Assembly (NCBI GenBank): GCA_024275415.1 | Contig: JAJRZD010000034.1 | Location: forward strand, 1-32,000 | Length of the DNA: 32,000 nt | Source: an archaeon | Lineage (GTDB): Archaea > Asgardarchaeota > Thorarchaeia > Thorarchaeales > Thorarchaeaceae | Direction: 5' to 3' | Shown: piece by piece, positions 17,289 to 26,300 of the stretch | Position numbering within the stretch: position 1 is the first letter of the stretch | Layout: every line of letters begins with the position of its first letter | Notes under the pieces: model-generated | The model's database searches: none | Seen by the model: only the letters and a program-made list of their open reading frames with translations | What the model was told of the DNA's origin: nothing | Program-made: the position numbers and the translations under genes

Positions 17289-19183
17289 CCTACGACCTCT
17301 GGATTATCTGGCATCACTTTCGTTATCTCAGCTAGCCATGACGGGAAGAACCGTTTAAGATAGGACGTCGCGAACCTCTGGTCAAGCATGACAATCACCC
17401 CACGATCGTCTAGCTTTCTGACTGGCCTACCGGCAGCCTGTATTGAGCGAGTCATCGCGGGAAGCACATATGCATAATCCCTCCCCCTGCCGTTGAACCG
17501 TCTGTCATAATATTGTATCAATGCTTCTATTCGAGGAGTGGGCTTTGCATAAGGCACTCCCACTATGATTACACTCTCCATTGACGAACCAGGAAAATCC
17601 CCTCCTTCACTGTTCCTCCCTCCTTGTACTCCAAGCAACACTGCTCCTTTCTCATTGCCCATTCTCTTGAATTCCATAATCATTTCATCATTGGCCTTGC
17701 TTTTTCCCCTTTGCATTTCCACAAAGAGCTTTTTGTCAAGTTTTCTTTCAAGCCCTGATTTCAGCAAGTTCTTTGCAATTGCATAACTTGTTGTAAATAT
17801 ACCTGTGTTGCTGGGAGTTGCCCTCGCCACAGCGGTACAGTGTTCTACCATCCTATCAAACACTGCCGAACTGCGTGACCGATAGGATGTGTCCAGCCCA
17901 TCTATGACAATCCCTAACCGGTTCTTGGCAGCAAAAGGACTTTGAAAAGCCATTCTTGTAGCGTCCTTCCGAAGTCCTATCATCTCAGCATAAGCATTCA
18001 GAGGTGAGATGGTTCCTGACACAGCAACCGTGGCCCTCACTGACTTGAGAATCTGTCTTGTTACGGATGTCGGATCCAACGCGACCAGTTCAAGGGAAAC
18101 CCTTCTGCTCCTGTTTGCACTGGTCGAAACACTCAGGATGAACGTGTAATCGGTCTTGTTGATATGCTCCAGCCACCTAATCATGAATTCTGCCACGCGG
18201 AAAATTGCCGAACGTGGAAATTTACCTGCTCTAAGCAGTCCCTTCCGTATCTTGACCCCCATTTCTCGCATTTGGATCAAAATGTCGCTATCTCCGTCCA
18301 ACCCCGCCTCCTTAAGAGATGTGTTGAATACTCCCTGAGGGTCAAGAATGACCTCATCGCCATCACTCATTCTTTGCGAGAGATCAATGATACACTTGGC
18401 CAGTCCCCTGCAGAATGCAGTGATAGGTCTTTCATTGAAATTCTTAGCCTCCCGCATGGCTGACCGGACGGTTCCGAGTGTCAAGGAGTCACTTGCAGAA
18501 CCGAGTGCTGTGTCTGGTACATTGTGTGCTTCATCCTGAACAAGTATCACCTCCGATAAAGGAGTTTCTAACTCGGGAATGAATGTCTGAAGGATGAATG
18601 GGTCAAAGATGTAAAGATATGAAAGAGCAATCACATCCACGACTTTCGCCAAGCTTTTCGCCAGCTCATATGGGCACATCTTCTGTGCCTTGCCGTATCT
18701 TACGATTTCAGGTGCGCTCATGACTTGGTCTGGGAGGTCGGCTAGGAGGTCTTCGGGAAGGATATTCCTCAAAGTTTCATAAAAGGGGCAACTACGGCTT
18801 GCCTTGAGCTGGCCACATACCTCGCTTATTGACACGGTTCCATCAGAATTCTCAAGAACAAACGAATTGAGGCACATATGGTTACGTCCTCGAAAGGAGA
18901 TTCCACTGATCATACCCTCTTCATCCATCATGGACAGCTCTTCCATCACACGATCGAGCTGTTTGTGAGTACGTGCACAATAGAGTACTTTCCCGTCATT
19001 CTCCTTGACCCATGGCAATACGCCGGACAACGACACTACTGTTTTACCAAAGCCATTTGGCGCTTCGATGATGGACTGTCCCGCATCACGCACAACTTTC
19101 TCGATTAGTGCCATCATCGCTTCCTGTCCTTCCCTTGGATTTTTGTAGGGAAAGAAGTCCATGAATGTGAACTGGTCGCTCAT
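17252..19183 (-). CDS. xpd: XPD/Rad3-family Fe-S 5'-3' DNA helicase
   Basis: PYKNPREGQ, EAPNGFGKT, four Fe-S cysteines (HMCL, EVCG, SCPF, MCPY), VQDEAHN, SGTISP, SEGGDF, QAAGRPVR. Start set at ATG 19183. Confidence 0.93.
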   Translation of the reverse strand: MSDQFTFMDFFPYKNPREGQEAMMALIEKVVRDAGQSIIEAPNGFGKTVVSLSGVLPWVKENDGKVLYCARTHKQLDRVMEELSMMDEEGMISGISFRGRNHMCLNSFVLENSDGTVSISEVCGQLKASRSCPFYETLRNILPEDLLADLPDQVMSAPEIVRYGKAQKMCPYELAKSLAKVVDVIALSYLYIFDPFILQTFIPELETPLSEVILVQDEAHNVPDTALGSASDSLTLGTVRSAMREAKNFNERPITAFCRGLAKCIIDLSQRMSDGDEVILDPQGVFNTSLKEAGLDGDSDILIQMREMGVKIRKGLLRAGKFPRSAIFRVAEFMIRWLEHINKTDYTFILSVSTSANRSRRVSLELVALDPTSVTRQILKSVRATVAVSGTISPLNAYAEMIGLRKDATRMAFQSPFAAKNRLGIVIDGLDTSYRSRSSAVFDRMVEHCTAVARATPSNTGIFTTSYAIAKNLLKSGLERKLDKKLFVEMQRGKSKANDEMIMEFKRMGNEKGAVLLGVQGGRNSEGGDFPGSSMESVIIVGVPYAKPTPRIEALIQYYDRRFNGRGRDYAYVLPAMTRSIQAAGRPVRKLDDRGVIVMLDQRFATSYLKRFFPSWLAEITKVMPDNPEVVGQAVEEFFSGVS

Positions 19184-19295
19184 CTGAGATTCACTTCCCT
19201 GTAAATACCAAGCTTGATAATCATGTTGCTCGCTGTCCATGTACAGCGTGAATTGTTTTATAGTAAAGTCATATTCCTAGATGTGGTTTCAAAAG

Positions 19296-19637
19296 ATGAA
19301 TGCTGACATCACCGAATTCGAATCGAGATACTCTGGAGGTTCGCTGCGAGTAAGGCTCATTGAGCTGGAGAATGGACTACTAGTCCTCCTCTCTGATGCA
19401 GAGCGATTCAGAATAGGACAGACCGCTATGGCGATACCTCCCGGACAAGGTCGTACAGAACCTACCTCTACTGGGGTATTTTCTGGTGCAATGGACTCCG
19501 CTTTGATAAGGACGATTGCTGAACGGATTGCTGCAATGACCGGACAGGCTTGCATGGTGGTGTCTGGCATCCGCGAGATGACTCGAAACATCATGATGGA
19601 AATTGTGGTGATACTCAAGAACCATCTTGTTGCATGA
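19296..19637 (+). CDS. Proteasome assembly chaperone 4 (PAC4/PSMG4)-like protein
   Basis: Length and pattern (ITEFESR...LIELENGLLVLL...AMAIP...PTSTGVF...IAERIAAMTGQACMV) align with human PSMG4 as recalled (LHNFSAR...VMRLTDSLFLWV...LAVAM...PVSTSLL...LAQRLARKTNKQVFV). Confidence 0.6.
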   Translation: MNADITEFESRYSGGSLRVRLIELENGLLVLLSDAERFRIGQTAMAIPPGQGRTEPTSTGVFSGAMDSALIRTIAERIAAMTGQACMVVSGIREMTRNIMMEIVVILKNHLVA

Positions 19638-19833
19638 GATACTCAACGACCTCTCTTGCCCACTTGCCGATATTCTCCTCGTCCAGAAGTCGCGTTAGGT
19701 AAGTGTTCCAGTCAATCTCAAGTGCCTTTCTCCACTCATCGAAAGCAATCTTCACATTCTCTAACGCACTGATGTGATATGCGCAAAGGTCATCTTTCTC
19801 TGACCTGCGACCGCAGATTGCACAATCACTCAT
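19615..19833 (-). CDS. 72-aa CCCH-type zinc-binding protein coupled to topA
   Basis: MSDCAICGRRSEKDDLCAYH (C-x2-C-x9-C-x2-H) followed by Trp-rich helices. ATG overlaps the topA stop by 8 nt. Confidence 0.75.
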   Translation of the reverse strand: MSDCAICGRRSEKDDLCAYHISALENVKIAFDEWRKALEIDWNTYLTRLLDEENIGKWAREVVEYLMQQDGS

Positions 19834-21940
19834 CTTTTCTTTCTCCTTTCGCCCGTTGTTTCTCAAGTTTTTCTAGTGCTCCTTTTCTCCCTGGGCATTC
19901 AGTCCAGTTGATACAGGTTTCAAAGGCCCTTCTTCCTGACCCCACCTTTATCATATGGTGGCTGCAGTGGGGACACTCCTTGCCCAGTGGAACAATCCGC
20001 CCTTTCTGTGGGAGTGGAAACGTCTGGTCACATGTTCCTTGTCTGTAGTTCGAGCATCCTATGAAGCGTTTTCCAGTCTTCGGTGAACGGATAATCATCA
20101 TCTTTCCGTCTTTGCATGTCGGACAAGTGCCGACCTCCTCACTCTCGTTCCAATAGCGTTGCAGTCCATTCACAAGATCTCTGCCTATCATATCCTCTTG
20201 TTCTTTGAACGAATTGAGTAGCTCGAGCAGGCTTTCTTTTGCATGGGCTAGGATGGTCTCTCTATCAGTTTCTCCTTGAAGGATCTTATCCATCTCACCT
20301 TGCAGCTCGCGAGTGAAATCAGGCGAGAGAAGCGTAGGGACATATTTTTGCAGGGTTTCGAACAGTGCATATCCAAGGGTTGACACTTCAAACCTATCAT
20401 TTAGGGTGTATCCACGAGACCTGACGGAATCAACAATTCCCGCGCGTGTTGCCTTAGTTCCCAACCCTTTCTTTTCAAGGAGCCTAAGAAGGCTCGATGG
20501 ATTGTACCTCCTCGGTGGTGCAGTCCGTTTCTCTTCAACGTCCACACGTACGATATCGACAGCATCGCCGATGTCCATTTCAGGAATAACCCTCTCTTGA
20601 ACTGTCACATATTTCCCGTAATATCTCATCCAGCCTGCTTCAATCAACCGTTGTCCCCGGCATACAAGGATATGGCCATTACATTTGACTTCGACCCGCG
20701 CTCTTTCTTTCTTTGCAGGTTTTCCAAAAAGCGCAAGGAATCTTCTGACAATCAAATCGTATATCCGTTTCTCGCTTGGGGTCAATCTCCGAGACGCTCG
20801 CTCGCCAGTGGGATGGATTGCAGGATGTGCGGGATCTGTGCTTTTTCCTTGAGCAGGGGATAGTACCTTTTGTCCAATAATCTCTTTAATAATCGATTTG
20901 TATGATTTCTGCTCACTCAATTGAACCAGTATTTGCTTGACATCAATTGTTGGAGGAATCTTCTGGCTATTTGTTCGAGGATAAGATATTAGCCCTTCCA
21001 GATAGAGGGTCTGTGCTAGATTCAATGTACGACTTGGTTTGAACCCAAAGTGTCTGTAGGCTTCAGCCTGCAATCCTCCCAGATTGAAGGGGACTGGTGG
21101 AGGCTGGGAAACGATAGACCGCTTGATATCTCCAACAGTTCCTTTTCTCTCCTGAAGCCCGTTTGCTATTCGCACTGTCTTGACGCGATTGTCGATTCTA
21201 CCTCTTGAATACTCCAAGTGGATTGCCGAGCCATTGCATATACCCTCAGCACTTATGTTCCAATAGGGTATCGGCACAAATACATTGATCTTCTTGTCCC
21301 TTTCAACAACCATCGCCAGAACAGGTCCTTGAACCCTCCCTGTAGATACGATCTTGAACCATCCCGATGCATTCTTGATGGCGAGGGTCAATGCACGAGT
21401 AAGGTTTATTCCATATAGCCAATCAATCTCATGTCGAACCTGTCCTGCTTCTATCATCGGGAAATCAAGTTCTGTGCTGGCTTCATCGTACGCCTTCTGG
21501 AGTTCATTCTTAGTAAGGGTGGAGAATATCATCCTGCGTGCATCGTCCGAATCAATCCCGCAGGCGTATCTAAGAGTGAGGTAACCGATCAAACTCCCTT
21601 CTATGTCATAGTCTGTTGCAATGATGAACTCATCAATCTCTTTGGCAAGCCTCTTGATCAACCGGATTATCGGTTTGACGTTAGTTGCTTTTTTGTCCAC
21701 TTCGTATTTTGGCACCCATTCCATGTCAAGGCGTGGATATGTCCATCCCTTCTCTACCTGTTTCAACTCGAATAGATGACCCAATGCATAGACCACATAA
21801 ATTGCATGTCCCCCTCTTAAGCACTCGAAGTATGAAGCCCCTCTCTTCTTTATTTCCTGCGGGGCATTGTGCTCGTCAAGTGCGAATGCTAGCTTCCGAG
21901 CAGCTGTTGGTTTCTCGGAAATCACCATGATCTTGGACAT
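19826..21940 (-). CDS. topA: Type IA DNA topoisomerase
   Basis: Toprim ISEKP and ATDYDIEG, STGRVQGP, catalytic GLISYPRTNS, GLGTKATR, two C-terminal zinc ribbons. Confidence 0.96.
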   Translation of the reverse strand: MSKIMVISEKPTAARKLAFALDEHNAPQEIKKRGASYFECLRGGHAIYVVYALGHLFELKQVEKGWTYPRLDMEWVPKYEVDKKATNVKPIIRLIKRLAKEIDEFIIATDYDIEGSLIGYLTLRYACGIDSDDARRMIFSTLTKNELQKAYDEASTELDFPMIEAGQVRHEIDWLYGINLTRALTLAIKNASGWFKIVSTGRVQGPVLAMVVERDKKINVFVPIPYWNISAEGICNGSAIHLEYSRGRIDNRVKTVRIANGLQERKGTVGDIKRSIVSQPPPVPFNLGGLQAEAYRHFGFKPSRTLNLAQTLYLEGLISYPRTNSQKIPPTIDVKQILVQLSEQKSYKSIIKEIIGQKVLSPAQGKSTDPAHPAIHPTGERASRRLTPSEKRIYDLIVRRFLALFGKPAKKERARVEVKCNGHILVCRGQRLIEAGWMRYYGKYVTVQERVIPEMDIGDAVDIVRVDVEEKRTAPPRRYNPSSLLRLLEKKGLGTKATRAGIVDSVRSRGYTLNDRFEVSTLGYALFETLQKYVPTLLSPDFTRELQGEMDKILQGETDRETILAHAKESLLELLNSFKEQEDMIGRDLVNGLQRYWNESEEVGTCPTCKDGKMMIIRSPKTGKRFIGCSNYRQGTCDQTFPLPQKGRIVPLGKECPHCSHHMIKVGSGRRAFETCINWTECPGRKGALEKLEKQRAKGERKDE

Positions 21941-22036
21941 GTTATCTCACTCAACATTCTGGTCGCTAGTACGCTCTTTCATCCCACGATAGTCTTAAAA
22001 GCAGACCGCCAAAGCAGACCATCTGAGGTATAAAAT

Positions 22037-22453
22037 ATGAAACCTTGGTGGCCGAGGATAATTGTAAAACCCCGTGTACGACTTGGAAGACCTCGTTTCA
22101 CGACTCCCACACGCCCTCCAGGCATAATATTATTCGGTCTTCTTTTCGTTGCTGTCTTATTCATCCTTGGTGGGAACATATACACGCTTGTTAGAACGCC
22201 ACCTCCAATCGCCAGTGATGGTTCAGGAAATCCCATTCTTATTGCCCCTGCAGTCGATGTCCAACTAGGGCTCGAGGGGATTGTCGCATCTGTTATTGTG
22301 TTGATAGGCACAATTGGCCTTAGCCTCATATATTACGCATCCAGATACATATTCCAGCCTGGGTACGCGACAAGATTGCTCATCCTTGGAGTGATAGTGG
22401 CAGGAGTCGCATTTCTCGCCTTTGCCTATCTATTTAATATCAAGACATCATGA
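22037..22453 (+). CDS. OSTC/DC2-like oligosaccharyltransferase subunit (OST3/OST6 family TM module, no thioredoxin domain)
   Basis: Three TM helices. LFILGGNIYTLVRTPPPIAS...VQLGLEGIVAS...IGTIGL parallels human OSTC as recalled ([21 protein letters not shown]...GQYIMEGLASS...MGGLGF). Confidence 0.8.
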   Translation: MKPWWPRIIVKPRVRLGRPRFTTPTRPPGIILFGLLFVAVLFILGGNIYTLVRTPPPIASDGSGNPILIAPAVDVQLGLEGIVASVIVLIGTIGLSLIYYASRYIFQPGYATRLLILGVIVAGVAFLAFAYLFNIKTS

Positions 22454-22481
22454 GGTACACTTGCATCCTGCATGTACCTCA
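22451..22481. terminator. Stem-loop between convergent OSTC-like and mptE genes
   Basis: TGAGGTACA-CTTGCATCCTGCA-TGTACCTCA: perfect 9-bp outer stem starting at the OSTC stop codon, with an inner TGCA/TGCA pair. Confidence 0.5.
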
Positions 22482-22529
22482 CCATGTTCCTATCTACGAA
22501 TCCGATTGGGACTGACTTCTGATGCTAAT

Positions 22530-23243
22530 TCACTCTAGGAATGAAAACTCGAACTTTCTCTCATCCTGAAGATACTTGAGCATATCCTGAGCTATTCTTA
22601 GTTTGAGTTCCTTTCGAGGAGATGCGAGAAAGTGATCTGTGTACCCTGGTTTCGACCACTTCCCGACAACGTTACCAAAGTCCATTCCTGCAAGAATGAT
22701 CCTTTTAGGTGAATAATGGGATATGATGAAACAAGCTCTGTCCCCATCCGTGAACCCTCCCCACAAGAACACATTGTGCAGAGGTTCCACTTGCGTACTC
22801 CCTAGAACATGGACCATCTCTGGGGCCAGACGTGACACAACGTCCATGTTGTCACCATGAGCATGTACAATGGGGATTGCACCAGCATCTACAGCAGATA
22901 AGATGTCCCGAGTATTCCCGTCAAGGTCTGTTACGACGAACTGGCAATCCATTCCGGCATCGTTCAATGCTGACACCGCCCCATCTGCTGCGATGCGAAC
23001 TGCCTCTCTGATAGGCTTTCTATCCATCACAATATCTAGATGGCGCCCTAACGAAGGACCGCTTCCAAAAACGACCACATCTTTCCCTCGGATAGTCGTT
23101 GCAAGATGATGCAAGAGTGGTTCTGGATTCGAGTCTGTTAGTATCTCACTCAATAACTCGGCAGCCCTATAGTCGCATTGGACATCAATTTGTAACTTTC
23201 TGACAATGTCAAAGTAGAGTGGTTCCCACTCACTCCACTTCAC
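22530..23243 (-). CDS. mptE: 6-hydroxymethyl-7,8-dihydropterin diphosphokinase (DUF115)
   Basis: WSEWEPLY N-terminus, FGSGPSL, AADGA, VTDLDG, VHAHGDN, GGFTDGDRA, LAGMDF. GTG 23243 with GGAGG SD. Confidence 0.9.
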   Translation of the reverse strand: MKWSEWEPLYFDIVRKLQIDVQCDYRAAELLSEILTDSNPEPLLHHLATTIRGKDVVVFGSGPSLGRHLDIVMDRKPIREAVRIAADGAVSALNDAGMDCQFVVTDLDGNTRDILSAVDAGAIPIVHAHGDNMDVVSRLAPEMVHVLGSTQVEPLHNVFLWGGFTDGDRACFIISHYSPKRIILAGMDFGNVVGKWSKPGYTDHFLASPRKELKLRIAQDMLKYLQDERKFEFSFLE

Positions 23244-23271
23244 GATGATATTCCTCCCATCATCCCTTACC

Positions 23272-24444
23272 TCATATAATCTTCTCAATCCTCTTACCAA
23301 TATCAGAGAGACCAAAATAGGTCATCATTTTTATCTTGCCCACAAGCCCCCTTATCTGCCGGTCTGTCCCCATTATCAACATGTCAGTCTTTTCAATGGC
23401 ATGGTCAATGGTATCATAATGATATGCTGCATCTCCTCCGAGTGCAAGCATCTCCTGCTTTATTATCAATGCAGCTGGAGCCGATAACCCTCGCAGGACT
23501 ATCTGGTTCATGACTCCCTTTTGAGATAACTCGTGTCGTATCTCACCCCCTACGCCAATCTTCTCAAGCAAAAGCTCAACCTCATGCCTATCTGACAGCG
23601 CAAGAACCTCAATCTGTCCGTCATAAACGGTGTTAACACTAAGAGCCTCTCCAACCTTTGACGCGATACATGCCTCTGCAACATCATGTGCACGTATCAC
23701 ATCTACTCCCTTCATGACCGCAATGGACGTAACGGCAACCGTGCCAGTAAGCCGCTTCTCCGGATTAGGTTCCCCCAAAAGGGCTCCGATGAATGCCTTC
23801 CGTGAAACTCCTACTAGGATGGGCCTTCCGAAGATATGAAATCGAGTCAATCTCCGAAGAATGTCAAAATCAACCTCTGGGGGTTTGCCAAAGCCGATTC
23901 CTGGATCCAAAATTACCTTCTCTAACTCTATCCTATTGCGCTTCGCAATCGCTATGCTTTCCTCTAATGATGCATATGATGCGTTAGCTGAAGAACACCC
24001 ATCAGGACAGTTGGACATCAGGACAACAGGTATCGCTCTCTCTGCAATGAGTTTCGCCATTTCTGAATCCCCTTTGAGCCCTGACACATCATTCACAATG
24101 TCTGCTCCCATATCAAGAGCAATCTCAGCAACGGTGGATGAAGTCGTATCGATCGAGATTGGGAGGCTTGTTTCTTTACGAATGATTCCCATTGCAAAAG
24201 ACACCCTCTCCAACTCTTTCTCCTCTTCCACTTTCGTGGTTCCGTAGACTCCTGATGGGGCAGTCGACGCCCCTCCGATATCGATTATGGTCGCTCCCTG
24301 AGATTCCATTGTCCGGACGCAATTCCGTAAGGATTCTTCATCCCCAAATACAGATCTCTGGTAGAACGATTCTGGCGATAGGTTGATGACTCCCATGACT
24401 CTTACTGGGTTGTCACCGCCAATTGCCAGCCCCTTGATGGTCAT
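23272..24444 (-). CDS. folP: Dihydropteroate synthase with an extra C-terminal domain
   Basis: VMGVINLSPESF, DIGGAST, ISIDT, NDVSG, DPGIGFGK, GVSRK, IRAHDV, followed by about 110 extra residues (IIKQEMLALGGDAA...MGT). Start set at ATG 24444. Confidence 0.9.
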   Translation of the reverse strand: MTIKGLAIGGDNPVRVMGVINLSPESFYQRSVFGDEESLRNCVRTMESQGATIIDIGGASTAPSGVYGTTKVEEEKELERVSFAMGIIRKETSLPISIDTTSSTVAEIALDMGADIVNDVSGLKGDSEMAKLIAERAIPVVLMSNCPDGCSSANASYASLEESIAIAKRNRIELEKVILDPGIGFGKPPEVDFDILRRLTRFHIFGRPILVGVSRKAFIGALLGEPNPEKRLTGTVAVTSIAVMKGVDVIRAHDVAEACIASKVGEALSVNTVYDGQIEVLALSDRHEVELLLEKIGVGGEIRHELSQKGVMNQIVLRGLSAPAALIIKQEMLALGGDAAYHYDTIDHAIEKTDMLIMGTDRQIRGLVGKIKMMTYFGLSDIGKRIEKII

Positions 24445-24550
24445 TGCATCTCTCCGCATCTGGGATTCCCCGCTGGCATTGACCCCATGGAAGGAAATAA
24501 AACATAGCTCTATTTGGCAAGCTCGCCCAAAACCTAGGAGGCAGTATCTC

Positions 24551-25693
24551 ATGAACGGAGAACTACAACGCACCCACTTGTATGATTGGCACAAGCAACA
24601 CGGCGATCTCGTCCCCTTCGGCGGTTGGGAGATGCCTGTCCGCTACTCTGACATCCGCGAGGAACACATGGCTGTACGCAATTCAGTAGGATTGTTTGAC
24701 ACTTCACATATGACTCGCTACGTCATCTCTGGTTCACAAGCCGTAGATTTTCTCCAACGAGTGACGACGAACAACGTGCGCAAGTTGGCGATTAATGGGG
24801 GTCATTACTCAACGTGCCTTAACGAGAAAGGCGGGGTACGGGATGACCTCATGTTGTATAGGATTGGTGAGGCTGAGTTCATCTGGGTGACGAATGCTGC
24901 GAACGGGCCGAAGATACATGCGCATCTTCTCAATCATGCTAAAGATTATGATGTCACCATAACCGACAGATCCAGAGATATTGTGATGATTGCGGTTCAA
25001 GGCCCCAATGCAATGCCTCTTCTTTCAAAGATGGCTGGGAAACAGATAGATTACGGTCGTTTCACATGTAACCCCGTGAGGCTGGCAGGATATGATACCT
25101 ATTTGTGCAGAACCGGCTATACTGGTGAGGACGGTGGTGAGATTCTTCTCTTGGACACTCCCTATGGGGACGAGGGCAATGCAAAGGCAATAGGCTTCTG
25201 GGAGGAGATACTACGCGAGGGAGATGAATTCGGGATACACCCCTGTGGTCTTGGTGCACGTGACTCGACCCGCCTTGAGGCCGGGTTCGTGCTGTACGGG
25301 CATGAGCTGAACGAGGAAACATCACCAATTGAGGCAGCGATACCTTATGCGGTGAAGCTTAAGGTCGAGCCCCACTACATCGGCTATGATACTGTGTACA
25401 GGCATAAGAAAGAAGGAGTTTCAAAGAAACGGATTGGGTTCGTAATGATTGACAGAGGAATTCCTAGAGAAGAGTATCCCATTCTCCTCGATGGGACTCA
25501 AATAGGGGTCACCACTAGCGGTGGACTCTCTCCAGTCCTGAAGACAGGGATTGGGATGGGATATGTGCCCCCTGATACGGTAAAAGAAGGGGACATCATC
25601 GAGATTGACATAAAGGGAAGGATTCGGAAGGCAAAGGTCAAGAAGTGGCCCTTTTATGACCCCGACGAGTATGGTGCAACAAGGTCGCAATGA
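24551..25693 (+). CDS. gcvT: Glycine cleavage system T protein (aminomethyltransferase)
   Basis: RTHLYDWH, FGGWEMPVRY, GLFDTSHM, DDL, VQGP, RTGYTGEDGGE, CGLGARDSTRLEAG. AGGAGG SD before ATG 24551. Confidence 0.95.
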   Translation: MNGELQRTHLYDWHKQHGDLVPFGGWEMPVRYSDIREEHMAVRNSVGLFDTSHMTRYVISGSQAVDFLQRVTTNNVRKLAINGGHYSTCLNEKGGVRDDLMLYRIGEAEFIWVTNAANGPKIHAHLLNHAKDYDVTITDRSRDIVMIAVQGPNAMPLLSKMAGKQIDYGRFTCNPVRLAGYDTYLCRTGYTGEDGGEILLLDTPYGDEGNAKAIGFWEEILREGDEFGIHPCGLGARDSTRLEAGFVLYGHELNEETSPIEAAIPYAVKLKVEPHYIGYDTVYRHKKEGVSKKRIGFVMIDRGIPREEYPILLDGTQIGVTTSGGLSPVLKTGIGMGYVPPDTVKEGDIIEIDIKGRIRKAKVKKWPFYDPDEYGATRSQ

Positions 25694-25747
25694 CCAAAGA
25701 AAGAATTCATTAGGAGCATATGACCTGCACTCAGATGGTTGATAATC

Positions 25748-26137
25748 ATGACCGAGATACCTAGCGATTTGAAGTATAGCCGAGAGCATGAGTGGGTTAA
25801 GGTCGAGAATGACATCGTCATAGTTGGGATTACCGACTACGCTCAGAATTCACTTCATGAGATCACATACGTGGAGATAAATGAGGTGGGTACTACCCTT
25901 GAAGCAAACCAGGAATGCGGTCTTGTTGAATCCATGAAGGCATCTTCTGACATTTTCACCCCCTTGGCTGGTGAGATAGTGGAAGTCAACTCGAAGTTGG
26001 AGGATTCCCCGGAGCTGGTCAATGAATCCCCCTATGGTGAAGGATGGATGTTTAAGATCAAGCCATCGAATCTGGATGCCGATCTCGCTGCTCTCATGGA
26101 TTCAGACGCATACCGCGAGTATATCGAGTCCCTATAA
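25748..26137 (+). CDS. gcvH: Glycine cleavage system H protein
   Basis: YSREHEWV, GITDYAQ, lipoyl lysine VESMKASSD, NESPYGEGW. Confidence 0.95.
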   Translation: MTEIPSDLKYSREHEWVKVENDIVIVGITDYAQNSLHEITYVEINEVGTTLEANQECGLVESMKASSDIFTPLAGEIVEVNSKLEDSPELVNESPYGEGWMFKIKPSNLDADLAALMDSDAYREYIESL

Positions 26138-26238
26138 TGGGCCCTCTCCCATTGAGAGATACTCATCTCTCAATCTCTCTTTCTTTATCGCCAATGCCCC
26201 TCCTGTGTATTAGTTCAATAATCCCACAATGCGTAACC

Positions 26239-26244
26239 TTTAAA
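26239..26244 (+). promoter_or_regulatory. Putative TATA box of aglB
   Basis: TTTAAA about 57 nt upstream of ATG 26301, downstream of a pyrimidine tract after gcvH. Confidence 0.4.
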
Positions 26245-26300
26245 GAGAATCAGAAAATTGCTCGGTCTGACGTTGAGTCAGAACGGAGAGAGCACTCTGT

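Noticed and set aside
17252-17290. PIP-like ends of XPD (GQAVEEFF) and RPA (KQSVESYL)
   Set aside because: The Gln is one position off the consensus, and amphipathic terminal helices explain the pattern.
24383-24594. ORF-track overlapping N-terminal extensions of gcvT and folP
   Set aside because: Homology and SD motifs place the starts at 24551 and 24444, leaving a normal divergent spacer.
26260-26285. CTGAC-N5-GTCAG upstream of aglB and GCTCG shared with the GIFT gene leader (possible common regulon)
   Set aside because: Five-base matches are too short to distinguish from chance.
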